A stretch of 64,000 nt of DNA from a virus. A program made the position numbers and the translations under genes. The notes below the pieces were generated by a model. The model was not told the origin of the DNA. It made no database searches and saw nothing but the letters and a program-made list of their open reading frames with translations. The DNA is taken from positions 13,860-77,859 of the IMG/VR virus record IMGVR_UViG_3300037882_004127; one strand, written 5' to 3'. This document shows positions 1-10,298 of the stretch, in pieces (within the stretch, counting starts at the first letter, position 1; each line of letters opens with the position of its first letter).

Positions 1-415
1 TTACGAAATTTTTGGCAAGAAATAAATTCCTAAATCCATCTTCAAGGTTAATTGTCACAAACCCGCAATAATCGCGCTCTTTACACCATTCAATTTTGAA
101 TTTTACCGGGTAAACAACGTTCTCCAGTATATCGCCCTCAAAAATATCTTGCCCGTCCATATCTTTTAGCCCGGTAAACTGTTGAACTACATATCTTTTC
201 TGCGCAAACCATGGTAGATTATCTGGATAAGTGAGGGCCGATTGCTTTTCAAATAAGGGTTTATCCTCCCTGTCTGGAAATCCCGCGTCAAATTTTGTCA
301 CTAAACCATTCAGGCCGATAAAGGTTTCTGTGAACGCGTGAGTTCCGCTGACTAACTCCTCAACCCATTGATTAAGGGCGCGGTCCCAAATGCGGAATTT
401 AAATCGGTTAGTCAT
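1..415 (-). CDS. YopX-family protein (runs off window start)
   Basis: Manual translation MTNRFKFRIWD...QQFTGLKDMDGQDIFEGDIL; YopX signature KFRxWD / QFTGLKDxxGxxIyEGDI. Confidence 0.8.
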   Translation of the reverse strand, partial: MTNRFKFRIWDRALNQWVEELVSGTHAFTETFIGLNGLVTKFDAGFPDREDKPLFEKQSALTYPDNLPWFAQKRYVVQQFTGLKDMDGQDIFEGDILENVVYPVKFKIEWCKERDYCGFVTINLEDGFRNLFLAKNFV

Positions 416-416
416 T

Positions 417-1397
417 TTAATACTCCTTAATAAATTCTTTCACGCTAACATAGTCCTTGTAAATATCCTCGTTAGCCATTCCAAATATATTATCATAACT
501 GTATTTTCCACTGCGAAACACCCTCCCATCACCATCCCAATTCTCACCGATACAAGAACTAATTTCATCATAAATTAATTGATCCGCCTCCGTTTCAATG
601 TTAAATCCACTTAAACCGGATTCCGCATAAGAATAACCATCATTCCAATCTTCGCGGTTCTTCAATAAGTAATGAGCCAACCGCAAATATTTATCCTTCT
701 CTAAAATAACATCCAAAATTTCACGCGCATTGGGAATACCATTTTCAACGGGAATATCATACTTTTTGACCAGTCCAATAATCACCTTATTTTCTTTCTT
801 TTTGCTTTGTTCCTCATCTTTCTTTTTTTGAATTTCAAGGTCAGCTAGCCGCTTTTTCTCCGCGCGCTCCTTAATTGTCCGTTCAATTGAATCCCAATCT
901 GGCATGGAGGGTTGGTAGGTTTTGCATTGCGCCTCAATTTCACGAATAAAATCAGCCCTAATTTGGGGCTTAAACATTTTGCGCGACTTGGAATCCGTCA
1001 CGGTCTGCTTGATTCCCATTGTAGTCATCAAATCGGCCAACTTTTTAAAGCAGGCTGAATTCTGCGCGGCAATTACTTTATTTTCTTCATGAGTCGCGGC
1101 ATCTTGGGTCTTCATCGCGGCGATTTCCTCGCGGGTCGTCTTTAATTCCATGTCGTCGCCCTTGAATCCATATCGGCCATCTGGTTTAGACCAAGTGAAC
1201 TCAAAAGTATCGCGCAAATAAGGTTTGAATGGCTGAATTTTCCAGTTTTGTTCCGCTAAATCTTTGTATTTTGTAACTTCGGCCTGAGCTTCGTTTAGGC
1301 TATCAATCATGTATTCAATGGCTAATTTCGCCTTATATGGGTATTTAGTTTCGTCGTAAGTTTTCATAAATTTATCCTCTAATTGTTGCGTACCCAT
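417..1397 (-). CDS. hypothetical coiled-coil phage protein (326 aa)
   Basis: Long ORF in the minus-strand gene run; no recognisable motif. Confidence 0.6.
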   Translation of the reverse strand: MGTQQLEDKFMKTYDETKYPYKAKLAIEYMIDSLNEAQAEVTKYKDLAEQNWKIQPFKPYLRDTFEFTWSKPDGRYGFKGDDMELKTTREEIAAMKTQDAATHEENKVIAAQNSACFKKLADLMTTMGIKQTVTDSKSRKMFKPQIRADFIREIEAQCKTYQPSMPDWDSIERTIKERAEKKRLADLEIQKKKDEEQSKKKENKVIIGLVKKYDIPVENGIPNAREILDVILEKDKYLRLAHYLLKNREDWNDGYSYAESGLSGFNIETEADQLIYDEISSCIGENWDGDGRVFRSGKYSYDNIFGMANEDIYKDYVSVKEFIKEY

Positions 1398-1697
1398 CTC
1401 CTTCTAATGTTACATCAGATGGTTCACAATTATTTCTTCTACAAATATTTTTAATAAAATCATTTTGAACCTGTTCTCTTTCTCTCTCAACTTTCTTTAC
1501 CTTGTCCTCCAAATCCCTTTTCACGACTTCCAATGGATGGGGAATACATTCTTGGCCGGTGGCTTCCCATTCCATATCAGCAATTCCTATGATTGCGTCA
1601 ATAAATTCACATTCTCGTTCTTTTGGTAGTTTAATTTCAAACTCACTTAAGACTTCTTCCAAACAATCTGTCCAGTATTTTTGAGATGCCATGTTGA

Positions 1698-1975
1698 TTA
1701 ACGTTTAATATACAATCCATTCACGAATCTCTTGTCAACGAATTTCTCTGATTTTTCTGTCCACCACGTAGGAATCTTTTCCAGACTTGGCCACCGCGCA
1801 AATTCAATCTTATCCAGAATGTAAAACCTTTGGTAAGCTTTGACTGTATCAGGCTCTTCACGGTCAAGCTGCTCTTTAAATGAACTAAAACAACGCGCGA
1901 ATGGGGTTAAGCCACCATTAGGGAAACTTATGGACCGATAATTATTCAATATCCAATTTAAATGCTGCGCCGCGC
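1698..1975 (-). pseudogene. C-terminal fragment of a pyrimidine-dimer glycosylase/DenV-like protein
   Basis: GLTPFARC...V.AYQ.FYI.DK..FARW....IPTWW resembles the C-terminus of this family; N-terminus absent. Confidence 0.5.
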
Positions 1976-2257
1976 TTGTTTGTGGAACGCCCGAATCTGT
2001 GACCAAGGAAAATTTCCGATAGAAAAGTCGTAATGAAAATTAGTTCCATTCGTATATTCAAAAAAATCAATACCTTCGTCAATTTCACACCACGCGCTAA
2101 CACAATGATCGGGGAAATTATTATAGAAGGCCCCCTTCCCACGACATGGGTCTAATATGGAACCGTAAGGTTTAAAATGTTGAATGATGGCTTTGGCTAA
2201 ATAATCGGGCGTAAATACCTTATCATTTCCGTTACGAGGAACTAGAGGATTGCTCAT
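1958..2257 (-). pseudogene. truncated DNA adenine methyltransferase
   Basis: D.VFTP, LDPCRGKGAF (motif I) and GNFPWS (NPPY-like motif IV); ORF stops soon after motif IV. Confidence 0.6.
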
Positions 2258-3213
2258 TTTGTGCCTTTAATTTCTTCCCAAGTTTGTTTAATTACATTTT
2301 CAAGTGACATAAAGGGCTCTTTATAGCCAAATTCCTCAACTAATTTTCGATTATCACTCTGCGTAAAATACTGGTATTGATTTTTAATCGCATCGGGTAA
2401 TGGCATAAATTCAATCAAATCTTTATTTAGCCCGCGCGTTTCGAGCACACAATCGGCAATGTCCAACCAAGTCCGCGCCTTTCCGCTACCTAAATTCACG
2501 ATTCCCGAAAGTTCCATTTCTAATTCGGCGATATAAATAAGAACCGCGCAAACATCCCAGACCGAGACGAAATCCCTCGATTGAAAACCCGATTTAATTT
2601 CAGGCCGCAAACTTTCAAACAATTTAATTTTATTCTCCGGGGTAATATCTTGGGTTAGCCAGCGATAAACCACAGAACTCATATCTCCCTTAAACCTTTC
2701 GCGCGCGCCACCGAAAACATTGAAAAACCTCGCGCTCACTGTTCGCGGGCAATTTCTCTCAATAATATACTGGTCAACAGATAATTTCGAGTAGGCGTAA
2801 AAGGATTGTGGTTTTAAATCGTAAACTCGTTCGGTAAAGTCTTTTTCTTCGGAACCATAGACCGAGGCGCTACCCGCGAAAATGAATTTAACCTTATTCT
2901 TGTTGGCTTCCTTAATCAGGTTAACCGAATATTCATAATTTTGCGCCCAAACTTCGGGGGAGTTTTCAGCCTTAGTACTGCTGTTCCCGCCCATATGGAA
3001 AATAACATCACAATATTTGATATGATTTGTAACTTCGTGGGGCTCTAAAATTGGTCGATTAAAACGTAAGCCGACAATATTTTGCCATTTTTTTGTCCAA
3101 TTATAGTCGCTTACATAAATGTTATAATGGCCCTTATCGTTTAAAGCCTTAATTAAGGAGGCTCCTATAAAACCCATACAACCTGTTATTAAAAATACTG
3201 GTGACTTGTTCAT
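2254..3213 (-). CDS. hldD: ADP-L-glycero-D-manno-heptose 6-epimerase (extended SDR)
   Basis: ITGCMGFIG Rossmann motif, YAYSK catalytic motif, RFFNVFG..E.FKGDMSSVV, SRDFVSV, NQYQYFTQSD typical of HldD/RfaD. Confidence 0.85.
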   Translation of the reverse strand: MNKSPVFLITGCMGFIGASLIKALNDKGHYNIYVSDYNWTKKWQNIVGLRFNRPILEPHEVTNHIKYCDVIFHMGGNSSTKAENSPEVWAQNYEYSVNLIKEANKNKVKFIFAGSASVYGSEEKDFTERVYDLKPQSFYAYSKLSVDQYIIERNCPRTVSARFFNVFGGARERFKGDMSSVVYRWLTQDITPENKIKLFESLRPEIKSGFQSRDFVSVWDVCAVLIYIAELEMELSGIVNLGSGKARTWLDIADCVLETRGLNKDLIEFMPLPDAIKNQYQYFTQSDNRKLVEEFGYKEPFMSLENVIKQTWEEIKGTK

Positions 3214-3641
3214 TTATTTAAATTTTGAATTATTTGTGAGGTTGAAATTCCGGGCAGTCTTTCAATAATCACTGTTCGCCCGCCCCATTGCTTAATCTCT
3301 TGCGCACCAATGATTTGCGATTCATTATAATCCGAACCTGTGATGAGAAAATCAGGTTTAACCATCATTATCAAATCAATAGGATTGCAATAAAAACCAT
3401 GAACCTCATTGACTAAACGTGATTCATAAAGAGCGCGTCGCCTTTTAAGCCAAGAACTAAGTGGTTGTCGTTTTTTATAATCTATAATGTAGCCGTCTGA
3501 ATTTAGTCCGATAATCACTTGACCAGTCGGGCCAACTAATTTGCGCATTTCATTTAATAGAAAGAGGTGGCCTGAATGAGGAAGATTATCGGGGGTTGAA
3601 TCAAAAACTCCGGCGCAAAACGCTGTTTGAATTTTATTCAT
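3210..3641 (-). CDS. RfaE domain II / HldC-like heptose-1-phosphate adenylyltransferase (cytidylyltransferase fold)
   Basis: GVFD....HSGH, GLNSD, KPDFLITGSDY, GISTSQII; adjacent to hldD. Confidence 0.8.
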   Translation of the reverse strand: MNKIQTAFCAGVFDSTPDNLPHSGHLFLLNEMRKLVGPTGQVIIGLNSDGYIIDYKKRQPLSSWLKRRRALYESRLVNEVHGFYCNPIDLIMMVKPDFLITGSDYNESQIIGAQEIKQWGGRTVIIERLPGISTSQIIQNLNK

Positions 3642-4404
3642 ATTTTTTCCATCCCTTATATTCAGAAAGTCGATTTTTATTTAAAAGTCTCATTGAGCCA
3701 GACGATAATTCATTATCTCTACAAAATTTTTCTAGATTAAATATCTCTCTTTTGTTTCCGTCTGGGTCAAAAAAATAGTAGGTCTTTGGTCCTATTTTCA
3801 CTCCCTTTTTACCCCACATTGGATTTTTCTCTCCGATCCTAGCTTCGCTCATTTTTAATTTTGTTTCATCAGGCAACTTTCTATCTCTTTGGAAATCCCT
3901 CATCTTAAATTTGGCTTTTAAGTCATGATTTTTCCCATAAAAATGATTATCCTCCCCCATTGAAATACTCCTCAGATATGCTTTCTGCTCTTCTGACAAA
4001 GGGCCTCTTTTATGCCCTAGTATGCTCCCAGCGGTTGGCAATATGTTAAAAGCTTCCTTGTTGGCAGCTATTCCATAATAATCAATATATTTCTGTTCCG
4101 CGCGAAGTAAATCTTCTTTTGTCTTTTCCGTCTCTTCTAGTCCAAGAAAAACTAAATTTTCTGCTCCATATTTTTTTAAATAATGCAAGAGAGGCAAATT
4201 GGGGTGAGAATCAAGCTCTAAAGAGGATTGATGTTTATAGTATCTTCCTTCAACATCTTTAGAGGAGCCTACGTAAATAGGAGTTTCAAAACTTTTTGTT
4301 TGAACTAAACCCGAAAAAGCATAAACACCAATATAATTCATGCCGCTCTGAAAAGCATTGTAGTTCCCCGACATCAGAACGATTGGATTGCACCCGCTAA
4401 TCAT
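3634..4404 (-). CDS. GIY-YIG homing endonuclease with NUMOD3 repeats
   Basis: GVYAF...IYVGSS...R...H, EQKYID, FN..PTAGS, NHFYGKNH and NPMWGKK NUMOD3 repeats; start set at ATG 4404 (ATGA overlap) rather than 4416. Confidence 0.85.
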   Translation of the reverse strand: MISGCNPIVLMSGNYNAFQSGMNYIGVYAFSGLVQTKSFETPIYVGSSKDVEGRYYKHQSSLELDSHPNLPLLHYLKKYGAENLVFLGLEETEKTKEDLLRAEQKYIDYYGIAANKEAFNILPTAGSILGHKRGPLSEEQKAYLRSISMGEDNHFYGKNHDLKAKFKMRDFQRDRKLPDETKLKMSEARIGEKNPMWGKKGVKIGPKTYYFFDPDGNKREIFNLEKFCRDNELSSGSMRLLNKNRLSEYKGWKKYE

Positions 4405-4574
4405 TTTACCAACCATTTCAAGTCGTTTTCTTTAATTAGGATTTTTCGTTCAGAGATTTTATAAGTCTTTAGCTTGCCGGATTTTACCCACCTGTGGAGC
4501 GTCATAAGGGAAATATCAAGAAATCGGGTAGATTCTTTGAGCGTTAAATAATTTTCATTGTCTATTGTTATCAT
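4401..4574 (-). CDS. small excisionase/MerR-like HTH protein (57 aa, not in ORF track)
   Basis: MITIDNENYLTLKESTRFLDISLMTLHRWVKSGKLKTYKISERKILIKENDLKWLVK; HTH_17-like pattern; stop overlaps GIY-YIG ATG. Confidence 0.75.
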   Translation of the reverse strand: MITIDNENYLTLKESTRFLDISLMTLHRWVKSGKLKTYKISERKILIKENDLKWLVK

Positions 4575-4616
4575 AAGTTAATTAGGGATACACTAGATTG
4601 TAATGAAATTATAAAT

Positions 4617-5003
4617 TCATTTTTGGCTAGCCCCTTTGCCTATCCGGTATGAATCAAATTCATGGTGTTTTGAAGACGCTTCGAGTATGGTCGCCGATGT
4701 TTTCGCCGTTAATTTATGTGGGTTTCCCGCTGGAATGTGGATAATATCACCCGAACGTAATTCCTTCTTGAGTAAGTCCGCATTCGCTAAATCATAATAC
4801 TCCATAAGTAGTTCACCATCAAGTACATACCACGTTTCTTCCTTGAGAAAATGCTGGTGGAAACTAAAATCCTTCCCAGCATCGAAACGTAAGATTTTCA
4901 GGCAGTATTTTTCAAAGTTTTTGACCCAGTATTCCGAGCCCCAAGATTTAATGTGAAGTTCACCCGCTGGAAAACTGATTGGTTCTATTGGTTTAATGTC
5001 CAT
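4617..5003 (-). CDS. cupin-domain protein (sugar isomerase-like)
   Basis: K.WG.E.W, FSFHQHFLKEETWYV, HIPAGNPH cupin motifs. Confidence 0.75.
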   Translation of the reverse strand: MDIKPIEPISFPAGELHIKSWGSEYWVKNFEKYCLKILRFDAGKDFSFHQHFLKEETWYVLDGELLMEYYDLANADLLKKELRSGDIIHIPAGNPHKLTAKTSATILEASSKHHEFDSYRIGKGASQK

Positions 5004-6214
5004 GTTTAAGTTAGTTTATATGCAATAACCGGTTTAACCCGCAAGAATAATCCCGAGCCAATTTCGCCCGAACCATAAATCGGTTCAAGCTTTTTCGTTT
5101 TAACCGCGCGATTAAAACATTCTGAGTTAACAAATTGATCTAAACCTATATGCTCCTTAATTGCACGCCGCTCTGCTTGGCCGCCCTCTGATTCAACAAA
5201 AGCAATTATTTTTTCGCGCATTTCTTTAATTTGATTATTCTGTTTCATAGTATCCTAGTTTAATTAAATTTTTTAAATCCTCGGCGGCAGTCAGTAATCC
5301 AGCGGCAGAATAATAATTATTCCAATTTTTCTCTATCTCGTGCTCTTTTAACCGAGTATTCGCCCAACCCTCCCATGATTCGGCAAGACGAATCAACTCT
5401 TTTGTTTTAATTGATTTAATCATTATTTAGAGTGGGGTTAAAAACCGCTCAACTTTCCAAGCATCCGGCAATTTCTGCCCAAGCCATCTATACTTGCGAA
5501 ACATAAACCTAATGCCGCGAGCATACCATATATAAGGTCGCATATACCATTTATTCAATAAAACCGTGCGTTCATTTTGTGCATCCCAAAATTCTTTTTC
5601 ACGCGCCTTTCGTTCAGCATTCGGTTCAACCTCAAATTTCACCAACTTAATTTCCGACTCCGCATTGAATGAATACTGATATTCAACCCAATAGTCATTT
5701 GACTCTTTATCAAAGGATGTATAAAAATTGATTAACTGCGGTTTACGAACCACCCTCACCTCAACTGCGCCGGGACCATCGGAATAAACTTCCTCGCCAA
5801 TTGAGCCGTCACCGTAAATTGTATAATGATCCATCCCAGAACTTAAATCTTTGGTTTGGAAATCCCCTTGATAAATCTCGTCTACTGTTAGTTCGCCCAA
5901 ATCGGACGGCATCGGGAGACTGAAACCTCGGTGAATTTTGATAGTGTTGAAAATTCCCATTATTTTCGCCCTTTCATCGCATCATTTTTCATAGCCCAAT
6001 CAGACCTTTCCTTCATAATATTCGTATCAGCGGATAAATTATTTACAATTCCACGCAACTCTGAAATCACATTCACGGCGTTATTTAGTATAGCCACGGC
6101 ATCATCTCGTTCAAGGGAGTCATCCTCAATTAATTTGTGAATATAATTAATGTCAAAATTATGGGCCAATAACCCGCGCATTGATTTAAGTCTCATATTT
6201 AATAGATTACTAGG

Positions 6215-6766
6215 TTAAACGCCTTGGGTCAAGATTAATTTCAACTCGGCTATCCGTCGTGCGGCTTCTTCGGTTTGGCTGGGGTGAAGTTCTGACCAAT
6301 GATAGAACATCGCATCCTTATGGGCGGCAAGCCATTCGGTTCCGTTGGGCTCCATTTTATCGTCCACGAGTAAACGCCCCGGTCCAGACATATAAGATTT
6401 TGAGCCCTTATTCATCCACAGGCGATTTTTATGTTTTTTGAAAAAACGATCTATAAATTCGCACTTCCCACTAGCCACTCCGTGGTTAAGAGAGCACTTA
6501 GTTAGAAAAATCCAATCAATACCACTTTTATCAACCATATCCACCAAATTAAGCGACCATTGATATAAGGGTAAATTTGCAAACCAATTATGCGTTCCAA
6601 ATTCGGTCCAGAAATTTTTCTTTCCGCCCGCTAATTCATAAACCAATTCATCGCTCGGCATGTTGTCCGCTTCACACGGAATACCTAATTTTTTGCAAGC
6701 TGTTGGTTTAAAGGGGGTTAGGAGCCCGTCCACGTCCAAACAGATTAAATTTATTTTTTGAGTCAT
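6215..6766 (-). CDS. HAD-family 5'(3')-nucleotidase-like phosphatase
   Basis: CLDVDGLL motif I, LLVDD motif IV. Confidence 0.7.
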   Translation of the reverse strand: MTQKINLICLDVDGLLTPFKPTACKKLGIPCEADNMPSDELVYELAGGKKNFWTEFGTHNWFANLPLYQWSLNLVDMVDKSGIDWIFLTKCSLNHGVASGKCEFIDRFFKKHKNRLWMNKGSKSYMSGPGRLLVDDKMEPNGTEWLAAHKDAMFYHWSELHPSQTEEAARRIAELKLILTQGV

Positions 6767-6768
6767 GT

Positions 6769-8388
6769 TTAATTCAGTAATAATTGATTCTCCCCAATCC
6801 TAAACGAGTGATTAAAGAATTTTTGCGCAATTTCGGGGCTAATGTCAACTTCTTTCGCGGCTTCTTCCTCGGAACCTAACCATTTCAACAATTTTCCCGT
6901 CTGAATATTTAAAGCGTGAATAAAATCTGGATTAAACGAAAAATGTAAGTTCCTATTATAGAACGCTTTAACCTTGAAAAGAAACTCCTTTTGCCCGTTT
7001 TCCCCCTTAAAATGATAATTAACCGCTTCGGACGAATCCCATTGATAGGGGCGCGGCTTATCTTCTACTGGAACAAAACCTAAATTATTCGCAATAACGA
7101 GCAAATCACCAATAAAATCCGCCGCATGAGGCTCTAAACCAGTGCTACATGGGGAATAGCCCTTAACCAAACCGCCGCACCTCTCTAAGACCATTCGATG
7201 TCCGACCTTTAATTTCACATGGCTGACCTCATTTGATTCATCGCGATAATAATTGTAACGGAATTGATTCTCCGAGAAGACCCTTCGATTTGAAGAATAA
7301 TTCTCAACATTGGCGAACTCAAGTAGTCTTTTATAAACTTCAACTAATTGACTGTCGAATTTTAGATTGGCGTTCCGTATCACGTACAAAACGACTGCGT
7401 AAGCATTATCTGAATTAAAATCAATCCCGCTACTTTTATTTGTTAGCCCAAGTATCTGATCGCGCGAAGATTTTGTCAAAAGCCTATTAATATTTTTCAT
7501 GCCGTCGAATAAACGGTTCCAAAATAATTTCTTCTCACTCGCCAACTTCATCTTTAAACTCGCGATTAAGCCAGCCTTTGTTATCTCGAATTCCTTCAAT
7601 AAACCATTATCAAGGGAGCAAATGGCGGAATAATTCTTTTGTAAATCGGACATTCTTTCATTATACAAGAAAACGAGGGCGTCAATGAGGTTGCGACCCG
7701 CTACCAATTGCTCATTCTTAATTTTATCCTCCAAAGGATCTTTTAAAACGGGCTCCGGGTATTTGAAGTTATCATTAAAGAATCGCGCGAATGGATCGTT
7801 ATCTTCAGAGTATCTTTGCCCCGTCCTGATTAGAAGTAAATTCACTTTGGCCCGCGCCTTTCTATCTTCAGACTCCATGAAATCAAAAGATCCTAGAGTT
7901 TCTGGATTTAACCCGCGCGCTTTAATTTCAAATTGAATATCTTTATTGTCGGCCCATCGTTCAGGAATCACCAAATAAAGTAAACAGTTAGGAGGCGATT
8001 CTTTAAGGATTTTTATTGTCCATTCAACATACTCGCTAAAGGGACAATTCGAATAAATAACATCTAACTCTTTGTCAAATAAGTTGATATGCCAGAAGTC
8101 ACAACCAAGAATGAGGTAGCTAGGGTTTAAATTACTTAAGTGAGTAGATGATTTCTCAATGGCGTAAATTGAATCGAATATACCTAATTCCGCGAAAGCA
8201 TCTAAAACTTTTCCTCCACCTGCGCCTATGTCCACAACACTCTTTAACCTTTTATAATGATCCTCATTTATGGATTTAATTGATTTCGCGGCGCATTCAA
8301 TAATGGAATTCATCGTTGGGTAATATTCATAATCTTCTAGGGAATCTTTTAATAGATTTAGTTCTTTATTAAACTTCATGGACTTCAT
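6769..8388 (-). CDS. class I SAM-dependent (DNA) methyltransferase with DUF4942-like C-terminus
   Basis: EYYPT, VDIGAGGG, YAIEKS, SNCPFSEY (NPPY-like), LVIPERW, C-terminal KAFYNRNLH. Confidence 0.7.
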   Translation of the reverse strand: MKSMKFNKELNLLKDSLEDYEYYPTMNSIIECAAKSIKSINEDHYKRLKSVVDIGAGGGKVLDAFAELGIFDSIYAIEKSSTHLSNLNPSYLILGCDFWHINLFDKELDVIYSNCPFSEYVEWTIKILKESPPNCLLYLVIPERWADNKDIQFEIKARGLNPETLGSFDFMESEDRKARAKVNLLLIRTGQRYSEDNDPFARFFNDNFKYPEPVLKDPLEDKIKNEQLVAGRNLIDALVFLYNERMSDLQKNYSAICSLDNGLLKEFEITKAGLIASLKMKLASEKKLFWNRLFDGMKNINRLLTKSSRDQILGLTNKSSGIDFNSDNAYAVVLYVIRNANLKFDSQLVEVYKRLLEFANVENYSSNRRVFSENQFRYNYYRDESNEVSHVKLKVGHRMVLERCGGLVKGYSPCSTGLEPHAADFIGDLLVIANNLGFVPVEDKPRPYQWDSSEAVNYHFKGENGQKEFLFKVKAFYNRNLHFSFNPDFIHALNIQTGKLLKWLGSEEEAAKEVDISPEIAQKFFNHSFRIGENQLLLN

Positions 8389-8397
8389 GGAATTGAT

Positions 8398-9732
8398 GAA
8401 AAGGAAACTCTCGAATTTATTTGAGAGAGGAGTTTTCGCATAAAAGGTTAAAAATTTTCACTGTATGAAATAAAATAGACAAAATTGGTGTATTGAATTA
8501 TAATCAATAAGCTAACCCGTGCCCAACTTAACCTACAAGGCAGAATTGCTTTTCCAAAGTCAAGAGGATTTTGGGAAAATTCTTAATGTGTTAAAGGCTG
8601 AGCAGCAAGTATTTAACGAAGCGTCCAAAATCCATTATGGAGACGGTTCAAAACGAAAAAATAGCATTGTTGAGCTTCACGCTGGATTTTATAGCAAATT
8701 TAGGTTAGCTCATCCTGAAATTCCATCACAAATTGTTATTCGTGGGGAACAAGCATGCTTATCGGCTTACCGTTCAATTAAATCCAATAAACACGAAATT
8801 CATAAGGCAATAGAGAAGAAGAATTTAAGCATTAGGCTAGATAAAAGAATTTATACTTATAAAGAAGACAAAATTAAATTAACCTCGTTAGACAAGCGTG
8901 TCACCGTAGATTTTAAGCGCTACCCAAAAATCGAAGAAATGCTAAAATCTTATGAATTTTGCGATCCACTTCTATTTGAACGAGACGGTAAAATCTGGAT
9001 AGCTCTTACATTTAAAGTTCCCGCAAAACCAGAATCTATTGAAAAATTAGCCGTGGGCATAGATTTGGGTGTGAATCGAGTAGTTGCTACCTCTGAGGGT
9101 AAAATATTTCAGGATAAAAAATTTAACAAAACAAAAAGAAAACTTCGATTTTTAAAGCGCCGACTCCGGTCAAAGGGGACAAAATCGGCAAGACGGCACT
9201 TAAAGAAGATCCGCCACAAAGAGGCAAATCGAAATAATAATCAATCTCATCTATTAGCGAACACCATTATTAGCTCGACCAGCGCAAATGTTTTGGTTTT
9301 GGAAGATCTGACGGGTTTAAAAAATCCCAAGAGTAAGAAAAAGAAAATGAGTAAGTCTAATAATAATAAAATTGGGCAAGTCCCTTTTGCTAGACTTAGA
9401 GAAATTTTGACCTACAAGGCACCCATTTATGGGAAAACGGTTTTACTTATTGACCCAAAATTCACGAGTCAAATTGACTCAAGAACAGGGTTAAAGGATG
9501 GGTTAAGAAAAGGCAGTAGATATTACTGTTCGGACGGAGTGATATTGGATGCAGATTTAAATGCGTCAATCAATATCACTAAACGTTCAAAACTCCCCGT
9601 TTCACTCGGTAGAAATATCGAGACTTACGGGCAGGCTGTTGTCACCCAGCCAATTGTATTTAAGTCGTTTAATTCTAAGTAATTAGAATTTTATGCATTA
9701 CAAACACTCGAATTTATTCGTGGGTAGGTGAC
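8398..9732 (+). mobile_element. IS200/IS605-family non-autonomous (IS1341-type, tnpB-only) element
   Basis: Follows TTGAT (8393-8397); left hairpin AAACTCTCGAATTTATTTGAGAG and related right hairpin AAACACTCGAATTTATTCGTGGG; ends GGTGAC; removal restores an in-frame ORF on the minus strand. Confidence 0.8.
8519..9682 (+). CDS. tnpB: RNA-guided nuclease TnpB
   Basis: RuvC motifs GIDLG, VLEDL, DADLNAS intact. Confidence 0.9.
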   Translation: MPNLTYKAELLFQSQEDFGKILNVLKAEQQVFNEASKIHYGDGSKRKNSIVELHAGFYSKFRLAHPEIPSQIVIRGEQACLSAYRSIKSNKHEIHKAIEKKNLSIRLDKRIYTYKEDKIKLTSLDKRVTVDFKRYPKIEEMLKSYEFCDPLLFERDGKIWIALTFKVPAKPESIEKLAVGIDLGVNRVVATSEGKIFQDKKFNKTKRKLRFLKRRLRSKGTKSARRHLKKIRHKEANRNNNQSHLLANTIISSTSANVLVLEDLTGLKNPKSKKKKMSKSNNNKIGQVPFARLREILTYKAPIYGKTVLLIDPKFTSQIDSRTGLKDGLRKGSRYYCSDGVILDADLNASINITKRSKLPVSLGRNIETYGQAVVTQPIVFKSFNSK

Positions 9733-9750
9733 CGAGCTATACCATTCGTG
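9600..9750 (+). ncRNA. omegaRNA (reRNA) scaffold plus guide of TnpB-1; 5' boundary approximate
   Basis: Stem GGCTG/CAGCC with loop GTCACC complementary to terminal GGTGAC; predicted guide from 9733 CGAGCTATACCATTCG. Confidence 0.65.
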
Positions 9751-9798
9751 GTCTTCTGATAAATCTTGAAGTTTCTTTAAAGTGGATAGATAGGCCAT
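9733..9798 (-). pseudogene. orphaned 5' fragment (22 codons) of the 6769..8388 methyltransferase gene
   Basis: MAYLSTLKKLQDLSEDHEWYSS joins in frame to INS-MKSMKF when 8398..9732 is removed. Confidence 0.7.
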
Positions 9799-10298
9799 TT
9801 ATTTAATTTAACAAAACAAAAGTAAACATCAAGCCTTTTTATCACCAAAACCAATAAATTTAAATATTTTCAAAAACGTTGCCTCATTCCCGGCCCAAGT
9901 CATTCCTCCTCCACCATGTTTATCATCATTATGATTACTCCAAGTGATTATTTCCCCTTCAGTTAAAACGCCCCCTTCCTCCTCTTCGCCACCAACTTGC
10001 ATTACTGTATGCTCAACGCCTTTATGATTTTCCGCTGTTAAGGCAAACCAACGGGAACCTTGTTTAATGTTTTTATTATTCATAGTTTTAAATAGGTTTT
10101 AATTTCCTCATCGGTCATATCACCTCGCAAGGAATCAACCAAATATTTAATTACATCAAGGGTAAAATCACATTCTGCGAAACGCAAATCAATTGCCTTA
10201 ATAAGTTCGTGGGCATCATCGCGGCTGATTGAATGGGTGATTGCCATAATTGGGATGCTGACATTTAAATCAAAGTGGTTGTCGAGGATTTTCATATT

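Noticed and set aside
1958-2006. Programmed frameshift joining ORFs 1958..2257 and 1698..2006
   Set aside because: No slippery heptamer, and the halves resemble unrelated families
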